A stretch of 64,000 bases of DNA from contig OX597827.1 in assembly GCA_951406725.2 (NCBI GenBank), positions 49,538,001-49,602,000 of the forward strand, read 5' to 3'. This DNA comes from Octopus vulgaris. Taxonomy: Eukaryota. A program made the translations under genes and the position numbers. The notes under the pieces are model-generated. The model was not told where the DNA came from. It saw only the letters and a list, made by a program, of their open reading frames with translations, and searched no databases. Positions 55,116 through 64,000 of the stretch are shown piece by piece. Within the stretch, counting starts at the first letter, position 1; the number at the start of each line of letters is the position of its first letter.

Positions 55116-55762
55116 TCTTTTGTTTGAGTCATTTGACTGCAGCCATGCTGGAGCACCACCTTTAATCAAGCAAATCAGCCTCAGAACTTATTCTTTGTAA
55201 GCCTTGTACTTATTCTATCGGTCTCTTTTGCCGAACTGCTAATTTACAAGAATGTAAACACACCAGCATTGGTTGTCAGGTGATGTTAGGGAGACAAACA
55301 CAGACACACAAACATACACAAACACATGCATGTACATATATATATATATATATGACAGGCTTCTTTCAGTTTTCATCTTTTTTACTTGTTTCAGTCATTT
55401 GACTGCGGCCATCCTGGAGCACCGCCTTTAGTTGAGCAAATCGACCCCAGGACTTATTCTTTGTAAGCCTAGTACTTATTCTATCAGTCCCTTTTGCCAA
55501 ACCACTAAGTTACAGGGACGTAAACACACCAGCATCTGTTGTCAAGCGATATTGGGGGGACAAACGCAGACACACAAACATATGCACACACACACATATA
55601 TATACATATATACGACAGGCTTCTTTCAGTTTCCGTCTACCAAATCCACTCACAAGGCTTTAGTCGGCTATAGTAGAGGACACTTGCTCAAGGTGCCACG
55701 CAGTGGGACTGAACCCAGAACCATGTGGTTGGTAAGCAAGCTACTTACCACACAGCCACTCC
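55116..55762 (-). mobile_element. Two tandem SINE family B copies, one truncated
   Basis: Two GTCATTTGACTGC...CTTATTCTTTGTAAGCC units, near 55128 and 55394. Confidence 0.8.
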
Positions 55763-58171
55763 AGCACTCTCAAATGAAGGTTGAGCTAGAGAAAAATAAT
55801 GACATTTGATGCTGAAGTGAATGGACCTACTTTAAATGATTTCCTCTCTTATCAGCAGCTGTTTCAGAATCAAAAATCCCTGTAGTCTCTAAGGGCACAG
55901 ATAAACTTCAAATAAAGCAGACACTAAGATTTTTTATTTCCTTTTAATAAAATAATTTCATCCCTAAAATACAGATGTAATCATATTTTTATTGAAAACA
56001 ATTCTGAATGTACTCTTCCAGTCTTTTTTTAAATATTTTTGTTTATAACAACTGATACATCTATCTTGTTATGTAATGTTATTATTGTTGTTTAGCCCAA
56101 GGTCAACCCTAATCAAGCAGACCTATAATCAAAAGTATTCTATCCTCGACCATCCCATCTTATTTCCAGATACAATGTATCTAAGACTACATTATTCAAA
56201 GTGACCTTTTTAGTAAGAACCTAGAGAGATTTAAGAGTTGGTGGCAGTGGTAGTTTTAATAGCTTAATCAAAAGAACTGGAAGTAGCCCTAATGTTAGCA
56301 AGCCCTCTAAGACTGGTGAGACTGATGTGGTTTGTGTTCAGCTTCAACACCTATCAGGTAAAATATGGAGGAGAATGTGGACATAGGTTTGGAAAAAGTG
56401 GTCAGTGTTGGGCCTTTGTAATAAGACCCAGCGAGAGTAACTATTGGATGTGAAGTGAGTCAGTTGGGTGAGCTTGAATGGCACTGTGTAGAGGTGGTGT
56501 GCAACTCGATAATTCAGAGGAACAGAACCTACTGTTAGTAATGTTTCTATGACGAGTCTTCAGTCTGACAACATTTTAAGAGCCATTCATCACTAATGTG
56601 GTGGGGGGTGGAGCTAAACGACAATAACAACTCCCTGAACTTCTATGCCTTACTTAGTACTTCTAACCACTAAAGTGACTTTTCCTACTAACTAATTATG
56701 TCCCCTAGGTAACAGGTACAACCTCACACATCCTGTCAGCCCATCTGAGCAACCCATCAACTTTATCACATGGAAGTTTTTGAGCTCGAGGTCTCTCTCT
56801 TTCTCTCTCTCTATATCTCTCTCTCTCTTTCTCTCTCTCCACTAAATCTAAACTTAATGTAATTCCATTTACTTATCAGCAATTTATGTATACAACAAGA
56901 CTGGACAATTTACTCTTAGGAAAGTTGAGTTTAGAAGGCCTCTTTGATGCACAGGGGTGGCTATTTTTGTTTTTGCTTTCAATTTTCTTTTCACCACACA
57001 TGCCGTCTTAATTACAACTTAAGCTGGGTCTACACTGCCTGGTATTCTCTTATCATGGAGAAAGTGGGGAAAGAGGAGGAAATGAAGGAAAAGAGATCAG
57101 GGAAAAAGAAAAAAACAGAACAAAAGAAACAGAAGAAGCGGAAAGAATGTGGAGAAAGTCAGATGTGAATTAGAACAGTTTTGAACATGCCACTTAATAC
57201 TTAACTCAAACTGCATTCAGAAAGTGAATACTTTGGATTATGGAGAATACATTTCAAAAGTTTCACTTCCTACTTTGAAAAAAATAACGTTAACAAAGGT
57301 GTTACCGTTGTTGCTGTTGTTATCTAATTCCTGATCAGACTTGTTCCAGCTGGCCTATAGATAGCTCATGAAAGAAATAGGTGTGATTTATAGATTTAGC
57401 GTTCCAGATATGTTATGTCTCTATCTAAGACAGGAATACACAATGCAGTGTGGCAGTCTAGGTGTATTGCATTTAATCCACTATTTTCTCCTCTAGGAGT
57501 GTACGGGATGTCCAGGGAAGAATAACACCTCTGATGGAAGTACTTATGTTCTGTTTTATGGGAACAAGTCATCACTTTGGTCTCTGCCTGGTACCCATTT
57601 CTCACCTGTAACTCCATGAAGCTGCAGCAAGCACAGTGGCCTACACCCTGGAAAACTGTTTCAATAAGTAAGCTAAAAGTGTGGATAACTGCTGAACCAC
57701 AAAACCTCAATAAGTTAGAGTTTGTTGATTTGAGTTCGTGAAGACTGACTTCAGTTGACCAAGAAAATAAGAACAGTGTGACTCTAACAGTCAAATAAAA
57801 TTCCGGCAAGTATTGTGGAATGTTAACAGCACAATGAGATACTATAGAAATCCTGGTCATCCACTACATCCAGACATAACTTCAGCCATCTTGACCTTTG
57901 AAAGCCACTGGATCAAAACAGGACAGCACAAGTGAGTGAAGCTGACACTGCACTATTCCCCTTCACTTCAATCTAATTCACACATACATCATTGTGTCAC
58001 AATGCCAGTCGTCATTTTATGGATGAATGGACAAGATTAATATCTTCCTGAATATCTATTACTGTTTAACCCCAAGTCAGCTTTGATCTAACAAAAATAG
58101 GATCAAAGGCATTCTATTGATAATCGTTCCATCTTTTCAGACACAGGTTATCTCACATTATTGAGTGTGCC

Positions 58172-58632
58172 AAGGGCAGCGAGCTGGCAGAATCATTAGC
58201 ATGCCGGGTGAAATGCTTAGCAGTATTTTCTCTGCTACATTCTGAGTTCAAATTCCGCTGAGGTCGACTTTGCCTTTCATCCATTCAGGATTGATAAATT
58301 AAGTACCACTTTCTTTACTGCCCACAAGGGGCTAAACACAGAGGGGAAAAAGAAGGACAGACAAATGGATTAAGTTGATTACACCGACCCCAGTGTGTAA
58401 CTGGTACTTAATTTATCAACCCCGAAAGGATGAAAGGCAAAGTCGACCTCGGTGGAATTTGAACTCAGAACGTAACGGCAGACGAAATACCGCTAAGCAT
58501 TTTGCCCGGCATGCTAACGTTTCTGCCAGCTCGCCACCTTGATAAATTAAGTACCAGTGAAATTCTAGGGTCGATGTAATCAACTAGTCCACTCCCACAA
58601 AATGTCAGGCCTTGTGCCTATAGTAGAAAGTA
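58172..58632. mobile_element. SINE family A (-) inserted into SINE family A (+), with a 16-18 bp TSD
   Basis: ttgataaattaagtacca at 58291-58308 and at 58539-58556 flanks the inner antisense copy. Confidence 0.85.
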
Positions 58633-59574
58633 TTATTGAATATGTCATAATCATCCTCCTCCTCGTTACCATCATTCTTATGTCCACTTTTCCATGCTGT
58701 CATGGGTCAGATGGAATTTGTTGAAACTGATTTTCTAAAGCCAGATACCCTTCTTGCCACAAGCCCTCATTCATTTCCAAGCAAGATAATATTTTCCCAT
58801 GGCCTGATATGTTTCCATGGAAGACTGGATATGAATGACATTGCTTCAATGACAGTGCTGACACTCACAACTACCAAACAATGCCAAGATGAGGAGACAC
58901 AAACTCACACACACACACACACACAGATACATATATAAGTATACATATACAACAAGCCTCCTTCAGTTTCTATCTACTAAATCCACTTACAAGGCTTTGG
59001 TTAGCTCAGGGCTATTGTAGAAAATACTTGTCCAAGGTGCCATGAAGTGGAACTGAACCCAAAACCACATGGTTGAGAAGCAAACTTCTTAACCACATAG
59101 CCATATTCTTTTTTTCAAAAGTTATAAGTAGGATGAGCTACCCAACAGAGGGTACTTTATAGACACATCTTGTATACTACCTGTAGCTTACAGTCATGGA
59201 TACAACAGAGTTAGGCGAGGTGGTCTCAGTTGGAGCATGACAGTCCTTGTATTTATCCATGACAGAGTAAATCCCAGTATAACATCAGAGGCTGATGATA
59301 TCATCAATGCAGCACAAATTTTATGTGCATGTTTGTGCTTTAACATTTGTTAAAGGTCATAGTGCTAGTGGTATTATAAAGATGTTGGATAATTGGGATC
59401 ACTGGACATAGTGTGACTGGAAATACATGTGTTACATTTGCTGCACTAAACTGTGTCCCTTGAGTATTTTTCTTTCAATTAATGAATTTGTGTGCAGCCT
59501 GTGATGATGTGTAGTGTACTATGGTATGTTTGTTATAAAGTTCATACTGGATGTAATGTTCTTTTCATAGACGG

Positions 59575-60126
59575 CAGCACGTTAGCAGAAACATTAACAC
59601 ACCAGGCAAAATGCTTAGCAGTATTTCGTCTGTCTTTACATTCTGAATTCAAATTCTGCCAAGGTCAACTTTGCCTTTCATCCTTTCAGGTTCGATAAAT
59701 TAAGTACCAGTTGCATACTGGAGTCGATCAAATCAACTTGCCCCTTCCCAAAACATTTCAGGCCTTGTGCCTAGAGTTCCAGGTTCAGTCCCACTGCGTG
59801 GCACCTTGGGGAAGTGTCTTCTACTATAGCCTCAGGCTGACCAAAGCCTTGTGAGTGGATTTGGTAGGTGGAAACTGAAAGAAGCCTGTCGTATATATGT
59901 ATGTGTGTGTGTATGTGTTTCTGTGTCTGTGTTTGTCCCCCAACATCGCTTGATAACCGATGCTGGTGTATTTACATCCCCGTAACTTAGTGGTTCGGCA
60001 AAAGAGACCGATAGAATAAGTACCAGGCTTACAAAGAATAAGTCCTGGGGTCAATTTGCTCGATTAAAGGCAGTGCTCCATCATGGCCACAGTCAAACGA
60101 TTGAAACAAGTAAAAGAGTAAAAGAG
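59575..60126 (+). mobile_element. SINE family A followed by a 5'-truncated SINE family B
   Basis: Family A core at 59575-59775; family B from GGTTCAGTCCCACTGCG to the GTAAAAGAG tail. Confidence 0.78.
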
Positions 60127-60530
60127 TTTTGTATAAAATATTGGACAACCAACTGATGGATAATGAGTTCAAATCCATTGCAAGTACTTTGTTCTATCTC
60201 TGGATACAGTCATCCTTTTTTTATCCTCTTCGTCATATTTATCTCTGATGTCTCTCAGTTACTGAAGACAACTTTCTTTTCCCCCGTGTGTGGATATGTC
60301 TATGTTATTACCCAATAGATAGAAATAGTAGGCAAATCTGCATCAAATCATGGCCTGATGACTTCAAAAAGAGGACAAAATGGATAATGGAGAAGTAAAT
60401 TACATTGCAGCTAGGGGAAAAAGAAATGGGATAGTCACAGTTAAAATTGCTTTTGATCATGGATCTGTTCAATCAAAGCTGACTTGAGGATACACAGCAA
60501 CAACAATATGGAGAATTACACTACTGTACA

Positions 60531-60593
60531 TACACACACACACATCTATGTATATATGTGTGTATATGTATGTATGTATGTATATGTATGTAC

Positions 60594-60644
<51 letters not shown>

Positions 60645-60985
60645 TAGATATATAAAATATAAGTATAAATATATATATAAACATATGTTGTTATACATAA
60701 AAACATTAATATCCATACACAACATTAGGCATACACCACACACACACACACACACATCTCTATGTATATATGTGTGTATATGTATGTATGTACATATATA
60801 TATATATATGTATGTATGTATGTATGTATATGTATGTATATATATATACACACACACACATACATATACACATAAATATATAAAATATAAGTATAAATAT
60901 ATATATATATATAAACATATGTTGTTATACATAAAAACATTAATATCCATACACAACATTAGGCATACACCACACACACACACAT
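60531..60985. repeat. Tandem duplication of about 230 bp embedded in microsatellite
   Basis: aaacatatgttgttatacataaaaacattaatatccatacacaacattaggcatacaccac occurs twice. Confidence 0.88.
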
Positions 60986-61693
60986 ACAAACACACACACC
61001 ACATGCTGTACACACATGTCCTATCTAATAATGAAATCAGTGTTAGTATCTCATCAGAACTAAATATAAACCAGAAAGCTTCTAGCTGAAGCCAAACAAT
61101 GGTTCCAGATTGATGTCAAACAGATGGAAAAGATTTTTGATATGATGAGTTAGCATGCACTCTCTGCTATTCCTGTGTCGGGGGGGGTAGAGATAAACCA
61201 AAGTACTTCAGATGGTGACCAGGATGGGGGGTGCTGTTTTGTTATGGAGGCCAGAGTCAGCAGAAGCAGTATTTGTATGCTTGAAGATAACAATAATAAT
61301 ATTAATGGCTTACAACATTAAATAATAATGATTTCTACTAAGATAAACGCAACAAACTTGCAGAGAAGGATGTAGTACATTATATTCTACCCTTCACTTC
61401 CCAAGAGTAATAATTTTTTCGGCGATAAGCACAAGGCCTGAAATTTGTGGAGAGCGGGGCTTGCCAGATTACATCAACCTCAGTGCTTGACTGGTATTTA
61501 TTTTATCAACCCTGGGAGGATGAAAGGTAAAGTGAACCTAAAACCAGAAGAAAACCCACTAAGCATTTTAGCCAGCATGCTAATGATTCTGCCAGCTCAT
61601 CACTTTCCCAATAATAATAATTATTATTTCTACTCTAGGCTCAAGGCCTTGAAAATTTTGGGGTAAGAGGGCTAGTCGATTATATTGACTCCA

Positions 61694-62151
61694 GTGCATA
61701 ACTGGTACTTACCCAATTGCCCCCGAAAGGATGAAAGTCAACCTTGGTGGAATTTGAACTCAGAACGTAGCGGCAGACGAAATACTGCCAAGTATTTCGC
61801 ATGGCATGCTAACGATTCTGCCAGCTCACCACATTAATGATGGTGCATAACTGGTACTTATTTAATTGCCCCCAAAAGGATGAAAGGTAAAGTCAACCTC
61901 GGTGAAATTTGAACTCAGAACGTAGCGGCAGGCGGAATACTGCCAAGTATTTCGCCTGGCATGCTAACAATTCTGCCAGCTCACCACTTTAATGATGGTG
62001 CATAACTGGTACTTATTCAATTGCCCCCGAAAGGATGAAAGGCAAAGTCAACCTCGGTGGAATTTGAACTCAGAACGTAGCGACAGACGGAATACTGCCA
62101 AGTATTTCGCCTGGCATGCTAACGATTCTGCCAGCTCACCACCTTAATGAT
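61694..62151 (-). repeat. Three tandem units (149-155 bp) of the SINE family A head and core
   Basis: gtgcataactggtactta recurs at 61694, 61843 and 61998; each unit ends ccagctcaccacNttaatgat. Confidence 0.9.
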
Positions 62152-63095
62152 AATAACAATAATGATTTCAAATTTTGGCACAGGGCCAGCATCAAACACA
62201 GCTGTCCACTTACTTCATCATAAGCACAAGAGAGATGTAGTCATTTAAATTGACTACACATACTTAGCGGTTCGGCAAAAGAGACCGATAGAATAAGTAC
62301 TGGGCTTACAAAGAATAAGTCCCGGGGTCGATTTGATTGACTAAAGGCGGTGCTCCAGCATGGCCACAGTCAAATGACTGAAACAAGTAAAAGAGTAAAG
62401 AGTAAAAGAGTATACATGCACCTCCCCTAGCACTTGACTGGAACTTCAATTTATCAATCCTTGAAGCATGGTCAACTTCAGCAGTATTTGAACTAAAAGT
62501 GTAAAGAGATGTAATGGACAACCCTTTTGATATCAACCCACCTACAGCCCTGGTTTTACACTACAGACTTCCAGTTTAAAATGTTCTAAATTAAAACCTT
62601 CCTTCAAAATTTCATGTTATGTTCCAAATGCCAGCCAATAACAATGATACTTATTTGACTGAATTCTTCATTATTTTCAAATCTAATTGAAACAAAGACA
62701 GTGTATTTTAATAATAATATGGTAACAAAAGGATAACTCCATTGCTCTACAAATTCTACCATCTGGCAAGGAGTCCAAGCTAATGAAGAGCCTGTACAAG
62801 GTTGCTCAGCCCTATAGAAGTAACAGCTGAATTTGTCTCAAATTACACTTTACTATCTATAAAAAAAAAAGAGTGAGAAATACATTGGGACATTTAATCT
62901 GTAATAAATACAACAAAAAATGGGATGACGATGGTTGAAATACCTTTAACCAAAGATCTGCACAATCAGGGCTGATCCACATCTAAGCAACAATAACAAC
63001 ACATCACTCAGTTTAACCTGGAAACATAGCTGGCTTTAACAGAGGACACTCTGTTGCAAGCATGTAGGTCAGGTCTCCAGTTAGAGAGAATCTTC

Positions 63096-63522
63096 GGATC
63101 TTTTCGGTTTGAACGGCAGTTTTTTAAAATAATTCCCATGTAACTAAACACTTTTAAACTTCGTTTACCGGTAGAATGTGTTTATAAAACATCTTTTTCT
63201 CTTGGCTTTATTCAGAAAATTCTATAGTTTGTAAGATATTTGTTGTTTTTTTTCTTCAATTTCTGCAATTTCAACCAATCAATGACGTCTATTGAGGTAA
63301 AAAAAAACATTCTGTGCTGAATGAATATGTCCCTCGTTTAAGAAACAGATTGGATTTATTTACATTTGTGAAGAAAAAAAAATACCATTCCCCCCACCCC
63401 TAATCCTAACCCTAACCCTAAAACAGATTGAAATGCAATAGATCGATACTAGGGTCATAATTATGGGTGACAATTTCATATGACACCGCTAGAAAAAACT
63501 GCCGTTCAAACCGAAAAGATCC
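63096..63522. mobile_element. MITE with perfect 30-bp TIRs and an 8-bp TSD
   Basis: TIR ggatcttttcggtttgaacggcagtttttt. TSD gaatcttc at 63088-95 and 63523-30. Internal (CCCTAA)-like x4 at 63398-63421. Confidence 0.92.
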
Positions 63523-64000
63523 GAATCTTCTTTCCCTCCCACTAAACTAATGTCAGAGACCCTAAAAGGAGTCACAGACACTAGTCTTCCTCCTCTAAGC
63601 TGTTTACAAAAAAATAAAGTGAAAGAATAATGGTAAAACACAGCAGCAGTAGATAATACATGTCAGTGTATAAGATCATTTTTAAGTAACTACTGCATCA
63701 TTAAAAATATAGTCACCTGCTCTGATAAGAACAACATTATACACAGCAGATAAGATAGGATGAACCCTGGGAAAGGAAGTTACAGATGAAAAAACCAGCT
63801 ATCTGATCTGACATGAGGAATTCAAACTAAATGAGGGAACTTCTATAGGGTCACCGAACCTACCAAAAAAATAGTCAAATATCCCTCAAATCACATCCCT
63901 ATTACTGTAGAAAAAATGGAAAGACACGTTGGATAATATAGTCGTGGATATAAATTAAAATGGGGTGAAACTTTTCCTCAAAGGTCTTCTTGATCAGAGT

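Noticed and set aside
56532-56570. CTGAAGA...GAAA on the minus strand
   Set aside because: Stems I and II do not pair.
57396-57860. 154-aa minus-strand ORF
   Set aside because: No recognisable motif or supporting splice sites.
61694-62151. Regularly spaced repeats resembling a CRISPR array
   Set aside because: There are no unique spacers; whole units are SINE-derived and the context is eukaryotic.
63398-63421. Telomere
   Set aside because: Only four units, internal to a MITE.

Overview
AT-rich, repeat-dense eukaryotic DNA. The SINE, LINE and microsatellite content resembles an octopus (cephalopod mollusc) genome; this is an inference. Two protein-coding genes are supported. (1) A complete two-exon class A GPCR of the FMRFamide-receptor-like/srw-like type on the + strand, join(1378..1883,3134..3905), 425 aa. 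(2) Seven phase-compatible internal exons (550 codons) of a FAM184A/B-like coiled-coil gene on the - strand between 23821 and 9025. I did not find its first coding exon or its expected C-terminal exons, so the GPCR may be nested antisense in one of its introns. The rest is intronic or intergenic: tRNA-derived SINEs, RTE, CR1 and R4/Dong-type LINE remnants, mariner remnants, TTAA MITEs, a MITE with an 8-bp TSD, non-autonomous Helitrons and long microsatellites. The most unusual structures are a composite Helitron (carrying captured mariner and SINE DNA) that appears inserted in inverted orientation into a sister copy of itself, giving interlocked A-B-A'-B' inverted repeats (44654-48361), and several type I hammerhead-ribozyme motifs (14401-14468, 20882-20944, 2719-2764, plus two degenerate ones). 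Nearly all ORFs in the supplied track are microsatellite or TE noise. Repeat boundaries were read by eye and are approximate unless a TSD or TIR is given.
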